Below are positions 11,613 through 24,272 of a stretch of DNA of 64,000 bases, in pieces; position 1 is the stretch's first letter; every line of letters begins with the position of its first letter. The position numbers and the translations under genes were made by a program. Origin of the DNA: Diadema antillarum (lineage: Eukaryota); the NCBI RefSeq assembly GCF_040938485.1, contig NW_027270903.1:7006001-7070000 (forward strand), written 5' to 3'. Under the pieces are notes generated by a model. It made no database searches and was not told the origin of the DNA. It saw only the letters and a list, made by a program, of their open reading frames with translations.

Positions 11613-12354
11613 GTGACCCGCTACAACAAAATGGTCCTAAAGTCGCGCACGGTCGAAGCCGTGAAAATCGAGTTTGAAGTCAGAGCATCAAAATTGGTCA
11701 AAACTTAAGATTTTCTGAATTTGACATATTATTAGAGTCGGACATGTCTTCTATCATCTGTCAAATTTTTGAAGGAAAATGATTAAAGGAAAGACCAAAA
11801 AATAGCGTTTTTCTGGGCCATGTTTTTTTGCCGTTTCAACGAAGCAGAAACGGGTTCAAACATTTGGATTGAGCGCCACACGTAGGCTCCGCCCCTAACA
11901 ACAACCAGAGTGATCTCATTGGTCAGTTTGCTGCTTGCCGCTAACCGAAGCGTGAAGCTCGCACACTGTTCAGTCGACTGGTGCGTGCTAGCGGGGTGCG
12001 CTATGCATCCTGGTCACTGATTGGTCGGTGAGGAGACCGCCGACGCTGTGTTTGAATGAGCATTTCGGGGGTTGCTAGGGCTTACCTTCTATTGTCCGTT
12101 GGTGAATACTGACTTGCGTGTCCCTTGATCGTGATTGCTTCGCAAGGAGAACTTTAAGGGCGCTTTTCTCGAAACAGTGATTTCCCAGACGTCTCGATAT
12201 GCTCTCTTTTAAACATCGATATCTCCGCAGGCGATTATTTTTATAAGATGTGTTATATATCAATTTAAAGCAGAATGATTAGGGAATTGTGTCATGCAAT
12301 TTTCAAATAATCGACCGTGCCCGACTTTAGGACCATTTTGTTGTAGCGGGTCAC
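11613..12354. mobile_element. MITE with 44-bp TIR and 4-bp AAAT TSD (Sola-like)
   Basis: aaat|gtgacccgctacaacaaaatggtcctaaagtcg(c/g)gcacggtcga ... tcgaccgtgcccgactttaggaccattttgttgtagcgggtcac|aaat, one mismatch. Confidence 0.8.
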
Positions 12355-13961
12355 AAATGTCCCCACCTTCTCCTAATTTTGCCACACCACATCACCCTAC
12401 ACTGCCCTTCCCTTGCTAGCTTAAAGAGATGGTGTAATATTGGTTGATAACTTTTAACAAGTTATATACCAAGAAATCACCCTTTAAGTGGAATTCAAAG
12501 TTTATTAGAAAACTGGTTTTGGAATGGCTGAGATAACCTAATACAAAGTAAAACAAAACTTTCCTAATAAAGGATGGGTCCCACCTTTTATTACAATTGC
12601 TCTGTTTTATATATATCTCAGCCATATCAAAACCTATTTTCATCAAATAAAAGTTTAATCCATCTTGGAGTTATCATGCTCTTTCATAACTCAAAAGAGG
12701 TTTGTCATTATTTCACTAAAACATGTTAGAAATCTGGAGTTAGGTCTAAACCAAAAACTACTGGATACGATCCCTTTCAAATTTGTTGGATCTCTGGATC
12801 TGGATTGATTAAGCTGAAAAACTCTGGATAGAGAGTCACTCAGCGCTGTGATGTGATGTGCAGCTAATCACAAGCGAGGTGACGGGCACTAGAGCACGTC
12901 TTTGAGTAAGAATTAGAATTTTGAATCTGCAGGGATACAGACACATTTGGAAAGTGGTGGGAATACTGTGCACCTGTGCATAAGCTGGCAAGGGTAGGGT
13001 AGTGAAGTGTTATGGCAAAATTGGTGAGAAGAGCATGAGGAAGTATTTCCAAATTTTGATGTGGAGACTTAACAACCTTATGATGATCACACAAGACAAA
13101 ACCTCTCCAATTTCTATGTCTGTATGAATTTACCACTTCTGGAATTACTGATAGTGATAGAGAACCTTTGTTAACAGTTCATGGACATGAAGACATTATG
13201 GCAAAAGAGGACCCAGGTCTCAAAATATTCTTGTGACAGTCCAGTTTTGTTGTCTGCAAGAACTGATTTTATTTTGTTAATTATCTTTTTCTTTTTGTTT
13301 TTGAGAATTGGTCTTCTCCTATCCTGAAGTTGTTGTTTCATTTGAACATTTTTTCCCCCCTCTGTTTTGTTTCTGTTTGATTGTTCACTCGATTCTCTTT
13401 TTTTCCCTTTTTTGTATTAATTATTATTGTTATGTATTTATTTATTATTTTTTTTTTTTTTTTTGCTGATTTTAAGGGGAAGTCCTGTGGCATAGTGGAT
13501 AGACTTACTTTTAAATGAGAGATCTTTGCCTGAAAGGTACATCTTTGTACAAGATGTTTTATCCACACTGGTCCTCTGTGTCCATGTATTGAAATAAGAC
13601 CTTGCAATGCTTTTGTAAGCAAACAAACTAATACTAACCAACTATTAAAAACAAATAAGCAGGCAAAAAGCAGTCATTATAAGAATAGTAATAATAGAAG
13701 GACCCTTGAATAGGGAAAGCAGTATTGAAAAAGTAGATGTTGCCTTTGACAATGCTGCACACTGGCACTGGTTTGACGGTCCCTGACCAGTAAAAATCAC
13801 TATCGGACCAGTAACTTTTCGGGAAAGGACCAGTAAAATTATCGAAATACTGGGTACCTACTGGTCCGACTGGTCCGACCAGTAGAAAAAATAAGTTAGT
13901 GTGCAGCCCTGCCTTTGATACATTTTATGAGACCAAGTTATCCTCAATTTCTGTTTGACAG

Positions 13962-14071
13962 GTGCCCAGTTCCATCAGAAGCCTGTACATTTGAAAATCA
14001 CATACCACAATGACGAAGAGGACAGCTGTAGCAGCTCCCAGACTACAGAAACGGAGAAACCACAGAAAAAG
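13962..14071 (+). CDS. BRD10: BRD10 coding exon 2
   Basis: gacag|..AAG|gtact; (G)AQFHQKPVHLKITYHNDEEDSCSSSQTTETEKPQKK; phases 1 to 0 fit both neighbours. Confidence 0.7.
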
Positions 14072-14675
14072 GTACTAATCGCTCGCTACTTGCCCTGTAC
14101 TCATTGCAAGAGATGACACTGTTGCCTCCAGGACCAGTATCGTGTTGAGATATTGCTAGTAAAAATGTTGATGTGTCTGATGCGCTGTTCTTCATTCATT
14201 GATATGAGTATGAAAACATACAACTTGTAGTTTTCATCAGAAAGGGATTATGTGAACCCATGTAGGCCTACCAAAGGGCAAGCGGCATGCTGGTTTGGAG
14301 CTGGCTGAAATGTACTTTTGTAGGGAAATTGCCTATAATTTGTGTGGAAAGCAGGCAAACCCTTTCTTTCATGTGGATTTCATTCAGTAGGGTTCCAAAA
14401 GTACAATGCCCTTTTTTCCTGCTCATTTTGTTTTTTTGTCTATAATATGAAATATACATGTAGTCACTCCTGTTGCATTTTGGATTGTTTAATTTCATTT
14501 AAGGTTGAAGACGCATCACATCCAGCAGACCAAAAAATAAAGGTAAGAGTGAGTACAAAGGGATAAAGGTTCATGTACAAATATGGGAAAGTAGGAGAAA
14601 TCCAAGAAGAAGTTTTGCTTCAGTTGAAAAATAGCTATGTATGATCTCTTTAATATTTCAAATATTGTGTGACAG

Positions 14676-14880
14676 CGGACATCAGGTGATGACCCCACAG
14701 CTGTGGCCATCCTTCGTCGCCAGCCGCTGGATCTGCAGCACGGTTACCGCATCCTTCTTGACCTGATGAGTGACCGCTGCTACTCGTTTGCCTGGCCATT
14801 CATCGAGGAGGTTGACCCGGTCAAGCTTAACCTCCCAGATTACCACGATAGGATCAAGAAACCAATGTGGCTGGGAAAGA
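14676..14880 (+). CDS. BRD10: BRD10 coding exon 3 (bromodomain N-half)
   Basis: [52 protein letters not shown]; donor A|gtgagt. Confidence 0.92.
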
Positions 14881-15018
14881 GTGAGTTCTATCAACGATCT
14901 CATCTTCCTTAGTAGATTGGTAGTCTAGTGGTTATGATGCCTGCCTAGCAATCAGGAGTCCATGGGTTTTATCCCACCTAATGTCTGTCATTTTATCATG
15001 ATTATTCTCAAACATTAA

Positions 15019-15361
15019 AGGGGATGACTAGTAACTGATCAATGGGAATCAGTGGGAATGCTTGGGGATGATTGTTTCAATCCTTGTGGGATTCATTTAA
15101 GAGTACATTATATATCTATTGTTGTGTGAAAACTATTTGCTTCAGAATGGTCTCATATTCAAGTAATGTGCAGTTTAATGCCCCGTCACTGTACAGGCAT
15201 GCTAACCTTGAAACATTAAACTGCACATTACTTGAATATGAGACCATTCTGAAGCAAATAGTTTTCACACAACAATATGTAATGTACTCTTAAATGAATC
15301 TCACACGGATTGAAACAATCATCCCCCAGCATTCCCACTGATCAGTTACTAGCCATCCCCT
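15019..15361. mobile_element. Kolobok-like MITE with TTAA TSD; second copy at 44069-44429
   Basis: ttaa|aggggatgactagtaactgatc ... gatcagttactagccatcccct|ttaa; homologous interior in both copies. Confidence 0.75.
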
Positions 15362-16286
15362 TTAATTAATTGGTGTTTATTCACTTTGATGAGGAGCAAT
15401 TTGTTAATCTGCTGCAATATGTGTGCCCATGATTTTCAACATTATAGCTACTGCTTAAACACTAAGGCCCGAATTCAAAAAGGTGGTACAAATGAAACCA
15501 TGGTTTAAACCATGGACAAAAACCATGGAGCACCAAGTGCCGCACAGAATATTTTGTTGCGAAATTGGTAATTTCGTCAACAAAATGACCGTTTCGTTAA
15601 CGAAATTATCATTTTGTGGACGAAATGTTCATTTTGTTACAAAATAATAATTTCATCGACGAAATTACTGATTTCGTAACGAAATATTCCATGCGACACT
15701 TGATGCTCCATGGTTTTTGTCCATGGTTTAAACCATGGTTTCATTTGTACCACCTTCGTGAATTCGGGCCTAAATGATCAGTGTTCATTTACATTGCTGA
15801 AGGGTAATTTGTCCATCAGTTGTTCTAGTCTTTGTTGTTCAACACAATCAAACTTTACTAATACCAGAACACAACATGCACCATGCACTAGGCGAGGACA
15901 CACTAGCCTCACCCTTAGCATGAACACAGTGCTCAAATGATGAACTTTTCCGATGATGTCATAATAGCTTGCGTTGGTAGAGGAATGCGATGACGGTCGT
16001 ATACTGCATACAGCAAATATTTCGCGAGGTTTTTATTTTTGCGAATTTCGCGAGTCAGCTGCTATTCGCGAAATTAAAAATAGATTTTGACTCTAATGCC
16101 GATATGAATGTGACTTACGCGTATACACTGTACATTTGTCTGTTCAGCACAGGACCCCATGACCGCGAATTTAACCACTCGTGAAATTGTCAGGAAGTCC
16201 TGATTTGCGAAAATTTAGACTCGCCGAATATATGGCGTATACAGTATTCAATTCTTTCTTTTCCTTCCTTTTGACCTCATTCTCAG

Positions 16287-16455
16287 TCGAGGAAAAGTTT
16301 GAGGAGTGCGCTTACCCCTCCATCACCGAGTTCGTGGCCGACGTGCGTCTGATCCTGGAGAACTGTTACCGCTACAACGGCCTCAGTCACCCAGTCTCGC
16401 GGCAGGCCGAGACGCTGGAGGCGCATTTTGAGCGCAAGCTGGGTCTTCTCTCAAG
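16287..16455 (+). CDS. BRD10: BRD10 coding exon 4 (bromodomain C-half)
   Basis: ctcag|TC..AG|gtaggg; IEEKFEECAYPSITEFVADVRLILENCYRYNGLSHPVSRQAETLEAHFERKLGLLSR resembles recalled KIAA2026 ITEFVADFRLMLETCY..EQKLALLSR. Confidence 0.92.
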
Positions 16456-17142
16456 GTAGGGTTCACTTGTCACCGCTAGGGCCTCATTCATTTGATTGTG
16501 ATGTAATATTCTATAGTCAACATTAGAAGCCAGTCAATACTGTAAAAGATACAAATTTCTGCTGTGTAGAGATTTGGTGCTTCATAAGAAACTAATGAAA
16601 GAATAAAAACATCCAAAGTTTTAGGCTTGTTATAAGGTTACATTGTGTGACATTGTATGTTTTGATCACGCGGAATAAAAAACACGCTATATTCAGTTTA
16701 CCAGGCAGAGCGTGAAAATTCATGCGTTTACAGTTATTTTGAGCAAGTTATCCACAGTTAGTCTGTAATCATTACCTTCAAACAGGCTTGGTAGTAGACT
16801 ACTTCTGTAATCTCTTCAAATTCTATTCATGTGTTGTTCTCAAAAGATTGCCTTAACAACCACATAGCTTGCCAGAGGCTTGCTCAACCTAGCTAGCAAC
16901 TAATGATTGATGAATACTGGTGAATTCTTGCCTAGGAAACTAAATAGGAGGAACAAGTGAATGAAGTGGTTCATTACTGGGCTTCAGTTGCTTTAAGCAA
17001 CAAAGTTTGATGCTTATCACCAAATATGTACATTATTTTTGACTTCCCAATTAGCATTGTGTGTGGTGGAGTTCATGCATTTTGATTTGTTACTATTAAT
17101 CATTTTATCCATTCTATCGTTTTTTTCTTTGTTTTGATGCAG

Positions 17143-17195
17143 GCACATCAGAGAGAAAACATACATGTTTTCATCATCCGATTCCTCTTCATCAG
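17143..17195 (+). CDS. BRD10: BRD10 coding exon 5
   Basis: gcag|G CAC ATC AGA GAG AAA ACA (RHIREKT, cf. recalled human RHLREKT); donor G|gtaggg. Confidence 0.85.
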
Positions 17196-17695
17196 GTAGG
17201 GTTCACGGTAGTGTGTTACGATTTGTTTTACCATTGTACTCAATGTCCTGATGAAGTCTTCCAGACGACTGTAAACCTAATCGTATTGCTTAAAAATTTG
17301 AAACGTAACTTTGGTGCAAACCTTGAAAATTTGATATTTGATAAGATTCTGTCTGAACTTAAGAAATCAGAGAAAAGAAGATGAAAGTAAGGCAATTTGT
17401 GTACTTTTTTGAAAGATTTGACAAAACTCCTTCAAAAAACTCCTTAAACTTATGGGGTAGTTTTCTATTAAAACTGAATGTTGATTCTTAATTTCAAATT
17501 GATACAATCAATTTGACAGGAACAATTCTCTTAGAAACGAAACATGGATTGGAGAAATGAATAAATGTAAGCAAGAAGACCACCTTAGATGTTTTCAGAT
17601 AGTAACTATTTAACCCATTGAATACTAGTCCTGAGTATATTCTGGCAGGTGTCTATGGGAAATGTGCGCTATAGCAAAATCAGCTTGTTCTTTAA

Positions 17696-18254
17696 AGGAC
17701 AAGTTCACCTTCATGGACATGTGGGTTGAGTGAATGCTGCAATATAAGTAGAACACATCAGTGAGAGTTTGAGCAAAATCGGACAATCCGTTCAAAAGTT
17801 ATGAATTTTTGAAGTTTCTGCTCAGCCACGGCTGGATGACAAGACTACCATAGCTTGTGATGTCACATGTGTACAACGATATAAAGAAAGAATAAAGAAA
17901 ATTCAACATATTTTCATTTTTCTCGCATAACAAAAGAACACTCGACTTCTCTCTTTCAGAAGGCAGGGGGAATGATATTACCCTTAACATACGTCAGTAA
18001 CAAGTCGAAGAAATGTGCACTTTATTTAAAAAGTAAAGTTTTGTGAAATTCTCCTTTCATTTTCCTTATATCGTTGTACGCAAGTGACATCATATGCTCT
18101 AGTAGTCTTCTCATCCAGCAGTGACTGCGCAGATACTTTAAAAATTCGTAACTTTTGAACGAATTGTCTGATTTTCCTCAAACTTTCACTGATGTGTTCT
18201 ACGTATATTACTGCATTCTCTCAATCCTTATGTATATGAAGGTGGACTTGTCCT
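17696..18254. mobile_element. Kolobok-like MITE with TTAA TSD; second copy at 53135-53695
   Basis: ttaa|aggacaagttcaccttcat ... atgaaggtggacttgtcct|ttaa; the two copies are highly similar over their length. Confidence 0.85.
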
Positions 18255-18304
18255 TTAATGGGTTAGCCTCTTTTTCTCATCCTCTGTGGATCTTACTCCA
18301 TCAG

Positions 18305-18528
18305 GGAGGAGGCGTTTTAGCCAAAGGATTTTAGACAACAACGCCGCGTCGACGCCCGTCGCCAACATGGTGCGGCGGGACCTGGAGGACGAGGAGGAGA
18401 TGCTGCGGAAGCAGAAGATCATCGAGAGACGAGAGGAGCTGGAGCGACTGAACAAGAGAACGGAGGAGTGGGAGAAGGAGGAGCTCCTCAAGGAACCCTT
18501 CAGGACCCAGCTGAGGGCCATGTGGGAG
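18305..18528 (+). CDS. BRD10: BRD10 coding exon 6 (coiled coil leading into the DDT-like motif)
   Basis: catcag|GG AGG AGG..ATG TGG GAG|gtgagg; ..EEWEKEELLKEPFRTQLRAMWE. Confidence 0.88.
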
Positions 18529-19371
18529 GTGAGGCAGGGGGGGGGGGGGGGCCCAGCTGAGGGCCATGTGGGAGGTGAGGCAGGGGGGCGGGGTCTCGCC
18601 AGCTGAGGGCCATGTGGGAGGTGAGGCAGGGGGGCAGGGTCATATGAAATTGGATGTAGATACGTTGTTTTACCATCTCAAGGCCGATGAGAGGTTAGTC
18701 AAGGGCGGGCCTTGTAAATATGCATTCAGACCATGGGAGACGAATGTTCAACAGCCATCACCCTACCGGACCCAGACTTTGATTGATGAATATTCAACAG
18801 GAATAGATCCGATGGGAGGTCACTCATTTGACTTTGGGCCTTGTAAATTTGAATTCAGACCTTGGTTGATGAATATTCGACAGTAATTGATGGGAGATTA
18901 TGGGGGGGGGGGGGCTTGTAAATATGAATTCAGACCTTGGGAGATGAATATTCAGCAGTCATCAGTGGTTGGGTAGTTAGGGGAGGGCTTCGTTAATAAT
19001 TATGTATTCAGACGAGATCAACATGCATTTTTTGTCAATGTCCACTTTGTAGCATTTTGATGAAATAGTCCTTCTTCTAACTTTCCTTTGATCTCTTTGG
19101 AAAAGAAAGAAGGAAATCATTCTTTTATAAGTGAAGCTCACGACACCAGCTTGTGCGTACACTGCCATGATTTGTTTTTTATACCAGATTTAATCTTTCA
19201 CATCCATTGAACTCAACTGCATTACACACTACATTGACTATCCACGAACCTACTATTTACCATTCTACTATGTTACTACTTTGTTTTACTTTGTTTTTGT
19301 TACTCTTTTGCATCTGTTCACTCCTGTTTTTTGTTACAAGTTGTTGTTGTTGTTATCTGTCTTTTATCTAG

Positions 19372-19532
19372 ATTCCAGCCATAGGCCAGTTTCTCAAGCT
19401 CTGTGGACCAACGCTGCTGCTGCCAGAGTTCTCTCTCTGTGAACTAGAGAGGGCGTTCTTCCTCCCACAGTCCAGCCAGCTGCTTGCCTACATCTTCACC
19501 CACATGCTGACAACCAGGTTTTACAGGCCTAG
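19372..19532 (+). CDS. BRD10: BRD10 coding exon 7 (DDT-like)
   Basis: IPAIGQFLKLCGPTLLLPEFSLCELERAFFLPQ.. (recalled human MWEIPAIGHFLCLAQQILNLPEIVFYELERCLLMPQ); absent from the ORF track because no start codon precedes it. Confidence 0.9.
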
Positions 19533-20039
19533 GTGAGGAGTCTGGTATGGTGATCCCAGTTTGATTGACGTTCGCAGTACCGTAAAAGTGGACATTTTCG
19601 CGCATTTCATGCAAACAGAAACTAGGTGCAAAAATAAAAGCATTTGAATATTTTGGCTTCCCAAATGTTCCAGTAGTGATGTCTTGATTCTGCGGAAATT
19701 AGAACTCGCAAAACTCTTCTTACCAGGCTGAGCTCGAAAAATAAGTTGCACAAGAATATCCACTTGAACAGTTTCTTAGATTTAGCATGCAATAAGTATA
19801 CAAATATTGAATGGTCAAGAGTATGATACAAGTATTTTGTTTTGTTTTGTTTTTTGTTCTGAAGTATTTAAACAAATGAAACCTTCTCTCCTTTGCTCCA
19901 AATTGCTCTTGTGTTGTATCAGCTAAACGCGTTGAGCAGTCAGGGGAGTAGTTTGCATCTGATGAATCATCTACCAAATCAAAATAATAATTGTTTTGGA
20001 TATAAACTCCAAATTTTATTGTCCAAGAATGGAAATTCA

Positions 20040-20241
20040 TTGTGCCCAATTGATCGTGGGCCCGGCAGCCACTGAGCAGCGCCATATCGACGTTGCTCTA
20101 ACCTTATCAACTCTTGAACGGCAAACAGGGTAGCAGCAACTCCCATCTTTTAACGTCTTTTGGTATGACGCGGCCGGGGTTTGAAGCCACGACCTCCCGA
20201 CTGTGAGGGCAGCCGCTCTACTCACTGAGCCAACACATCGG
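20040..20241 (-). mobile_element. tRNA-derived SINE
   Basis: Minus strand reads tggctcagtgagtagagc (A box) ... ggcttcaaacccc (B box) then gtcataccaaagacgttaaaagatgg, resembling a core recalled from invertebrate SINEs. Confidence 0.7.
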
Positions 20242-20489
20242 TACATGTTTATCTATCTAACATCTTTGCATACACGCCTATAGGACAGTTAGGATATGAT
20301 TACATCTGACCTCACTCATATATTGTGTCTCGTTCCAATTTAAATGTTACAAATATATTTATATTTTAGGCCAATTTTTAATGAAATTTCTACAATTCTG
20401 CTTGTATGAATTTACTTTCTTTATCAAATTTCAATCAAGAGTTGAATTGCATTTGAAGTTTGAACTTTTATCGACTTTTGTTTTGACAG

Positions 20490-20598
20490 GATTGCTGGCA
20501 AGCAGCCGATGCCATACCCACTCTGGCAGGAAAGACTCAGGAAAAAGCTTGACGTCTGGTTTGCCCATTTCAAGGAAGAGGGCGCCACCACACAGACG
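20490..20598 (+). CDS. BRD10: BRD10 coding exon 8
   Basis: gacag|G ATT..ACG|gtaagt; IAGKQPMPYPLWQERLRKKLDVWF (cf. recalled LPYRTWEAALRQKVQQWY). Confidence 0.87.
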
Positions 20599-21981
20599 GT
20601 AAGTTGCGTACTCACATTACATAGCTGATGACTGGCAGGGGAGGGAACATACCGAATGTCCCACCCGAAGGGTTTGAAATGCTATTGAGGGAGGTTGTAA
20701 GTCCAGAGACGAAGTCGAGAGACTTACAGCCTCCCGAAATAGCATTTCAAACCCTGAGAGTGGAACGTTTGGTACATGTTCACGACAATAAAAGTCATCA
20801 TCTGTTATATTATATGGGTTAGTCAAATCACCAGCACAACGAACTTGATCGCTCGTGCAGACCCAAATTCACTGTGCGCGGGTCCTTCAAATCACACTTA
20901 CTTACGCATTACAATAATCGGTCATCTGCTTTTTCACATTGTGTGGAATAGGCAAATTTATCCCATCGATTGTGTGAAAAATATGATCGTTCAATCGTTT
21001 GGTATCGTTTGTCATTTGTTCCATGAAAATGTTTTTTCATGGGAGAACATTACAAAAATGTTCTGCCCATGGGGAAACATAACCAATGTGCCTCCATCAC
21101 GTGACTGTGTTTAGCCAGTCACTAACCGGTATTTGACTATTAAACCCATTTGATATTCTTCGATACTGCATTGACTGTGCACCTGTCTTTGGTTTAATGG
21201 CACGGAAACAAGCCACCAAATTCGGGGGAAACTTTCAAACATACCAAAATATTTGTTTCTTGTACCACAGATTCAATGAGTATTGTTTCCAAGACTGGAA
21301 ATCTTTGGATTTGATTGTTTCACAGAAATACATGTACTTTTCCCCCCTTCCACTGGTATCATTCTTGATCACAATTTAACCATTAGTTAGAATATGAAAA
21401 ATGAAAAAAATGAGATAAAAGCTTGAGTCCAGGTGATGTAGTTATAGCAGGGTTACCCGGTATTACTGTATGACCCTTTCCAGTGCTGTACCTAAGCACT
21501 GAACTGTACCCACATAAACACCCATTACTCACAAGGGCTATAGTCCATCACATATCGTGTTCCTGGGGGGCGTTTCATCAACGAGTTCGTCGGAGGTTTT
21601 CACCGACAAATTTGCTATCAGCCAATCAGACGCACGGATTTCAGTAGCTTTTAATAGTTGTCAGTGTAAATCACTGACAAAAAGTTTCATGAAACGGTCT
21701 ATTGGAACACGATCCCCCCCCCCACCCCATTGTGTGCTTTGAATGCTGATTGACACAGAAAACCCCATAGCATTGTACACACTGTCCAAAGTCCCTGGTA
21801 CAGAAAGAGTTATGAGCTTTATCCACTATAGCACAATACTCGTATTGATGAGCCAGGTCTAACATGCTTGTTCTTTGTTAGGTTAATAATTACGAAAAAA
21901 AAAAGGGAAAAAGAACTAAATTTGCATTTGCTCTTTTTATGTCTATTGTCCTACTCTCCACTTTTCTCATCACACCAACAG

Positions 21982-22119
21982 GTTGCCCGGCTACTCTACA
22001 TTCCAGTGCGGTTCTTTGAGGTGCTGGGCGAGACCAATCCCCTGGTGGGCCGCGAGTTCCATGACCTGTCGGTTTACGAGAGAGTCTGGGTCACCAAAGG
22101 CCTCTGTGACCACTTCTTT
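21982..22119 (+). CDS. BRD10: BRD10 coding exon 9 (WHIM1-like)
   Basis: IPVRFFEVLGETNPLVGREFHDLSVYERVWVTKGLCDHFF (cf. recalled FFKVLGEVNPLEEKPFHELPFYQKVWLLKGLCDF); donor |gtgagt. Confidence 0.9.
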
Positions 22120-22479
22120 GTGAGTGTGCCTCGTTGTACTTGTTTGCCCTCGACAAATCTTGGCTTAGCAGAGCAGGAATGGTCTGGGTAGTCTCATTTA
22201 AATTCATAATTCTTGCATGAAGTCCCACATGAGTCTGTATACCCATGGCTTTTTTACCATCGCTGTCTCTCAAACACGGAGTACTGGAAAGCAAGATGTA
22301 TTGGCGGCATGAATCTTTGTGAATTACCAAATGAATGGTATTCAATGTATATAGTGTGGACAAGAACTTTTGCATGCATTTTGATTTTGCGAATCTTGGC
22401 TCTTGTGCAATTTGCAAAATTAAAATGCTGTGAACATTCCTCTTTTTACATGACAGTAATCAGTAATTATTGACGTCTG

Positions 22480-22700
22480 TTTGTTCATTTTCCATCTGAG
22501 AAGATGGCTGGATAGCCCATATTCAGCTATGTTAAGCTGGTCTTCCATGGGGTCCAGTTGGACACGAGGCGGGACCACTTCACTGGGTTAAACACCCTGC
22601 TCTTTGCGATGAAAGAATGAAGCGGGATCTTTTATGTGCATGAGTTGTGACTCTCTCACACACAGGACCTCCATTTTATGTCTTATTCGAGGGACGGAGT
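22480..22700. mobile_element. SINE-like interspersed repeat fragment
   Basis: ggatcttttatgtgca..cacacaggacctccattttatgtcttattcgagggac resembles the reverse complement of a SINE segment recalled from invertebrates. Confidence 0.45.
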
Positions 22701-22852
22701 GTATTACCTCTTGCTAGAGAGGTGAAGGGAAATTTGTTGATCAGATGCATTAAAATAAACTTGACGCAAGGACTAGTAATGAAGAATAAATTCAATACCA
22801 ATAATTGCCAGAAAGGATATGAACCATCACTGGCTATTTGGCAATGGTTTAA

Positions 22853-23617
22853 CCCTAACCAGGCCGGGCTTTTTTGGGTGTTCTGTGGCCGTGGAGGGGT
22901 TGATTCAACCCCCCCCCCCCCCCCCCCGAGATCTTGGCTGTCGCTCGCGCAATCGCCATGAAAATTGGCACGTACATTACCTGTGGCGTAATCTACCAAA
23001 CTATAAAAAAAATGGAAATTTTCATCATAATGATTAATTATGTTAATATATGCATAAAATCATACTTTTTGCTTTAAATCAGAAATTAAAGCTCCTAGAA
23101 TCCTAATTTTTGGTGATAACATTCTTTTTAGCATTCCTAACAACGTACGTGAAAAAAAAATCTGGTATCAAAATCAATTGCTTATATATTGTTTTGTTCT
23201 GTGAATTTCTTATGTATTTCGTTGTTTTTTCGACCTTTTGTTTTATCATTTTTTTTCTCAAAATTTATGACAGAACCTATTTCAAGCATAATTATGCTAA
23301 AATTAATTTGTTTCAGCCTATGAAAGTGAAAATAATCATATCTTTATGAATATGAAGAGAAAACTCCATTTGCCTAGACTTTATACACAAAATCACGTTT
23401 TTGAGCCATTTTCGGTCTGACAGGCATGTATAAAAGGTCGCGCAGCTTCATAACAGTATGCGCGATTTTCGCGAAAATGGTGTCAAAAGATGCGCAAGAC
23501 TTGAAAGTAAAAAGTCAGCAAACAGCGCGGTCAAAAAATTTCGCGCGACGGAGTAGTCGCAAAAAATGTCGAGGGGGGGTTGATTCAACCCCCCCCCCCC
23601 CCCCGGCCTTTTTAGGG
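22853..23617. mobile_element. piggyBac-like MITE (TTAA TSD)
   Basis: ttaa|ccctaaccaggccggg ... cccggcctttttaggg|ttaa; subterminal ggggggttgattcaaccccc palindromes at both ends. Confidence 0.85.
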
Positions 23618-24092
23618 TTAAACTTCGGGGGCATTCAAACAATCCCTATTAACTGCGAAGTGGTCTCTTTAGGGGATCTGTGAATACAGATTGTATGTGT
23701 GAAGGTCGTGCATGGTTTGGTGCAGATGATGTCATCTGTGTTGAAAATGAGGATGGGGAGAGCTATTTTTTACCAGGTCTCCTGGAAAATATAATCATCA
23801 TGCCTGAATTTGAGTGAATCAATGATGTCAGTTTTTTACCAGGTCTTCTAGAAAATATAGACATGATGCCTGAATTTGAATGAATTAATGATGTCTATTT
23901 TTTACCAGGTCTTTTAGAAAATATAGCCATCATGCTCAAATTTGAATATTTATTAAGTAAACCGACCCGATCTGGTGCATGTTGAGATTTCAGGATGTCA
24001 CGGAAGACACGTTGCTTTGAATCCATTTTTTACCTGCCCCATTCTTTTTCATTACCTTTTTTTATTAATTTATTTTTCCCGCTGCTCTCCAG

Positions 24093-24272
24093 GAGACGGA
24101 CCTAGACGCATACTCTGGTATAGTAGAAGAGACATTCCCTGAGGACCAGCGTCCTAAGGTGCTGGGGCAGGACGCCGAGAAGTGGACGTTCCTTTGTTTC
24201 CCCCACTTCATGGATACTGACCTGAGAATCTACAGACAGGCTCGCTTCAAGGAGGACAAACAGAAACATAAG
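24093..24272 (+). CDS. BRD10: BRD10 coding exon 10 (WHIM2-like LGxD motif)
   Basis: ETDLDAYSGIVEETFPEDQRPKVLGQDAEKWTFLCFPHFMDTDLRIYRQ (cf. recalled ILGYDYLENAYVHFPQFCGADVRIYKQ); donor |gtaagg. Confidence 0.9.
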
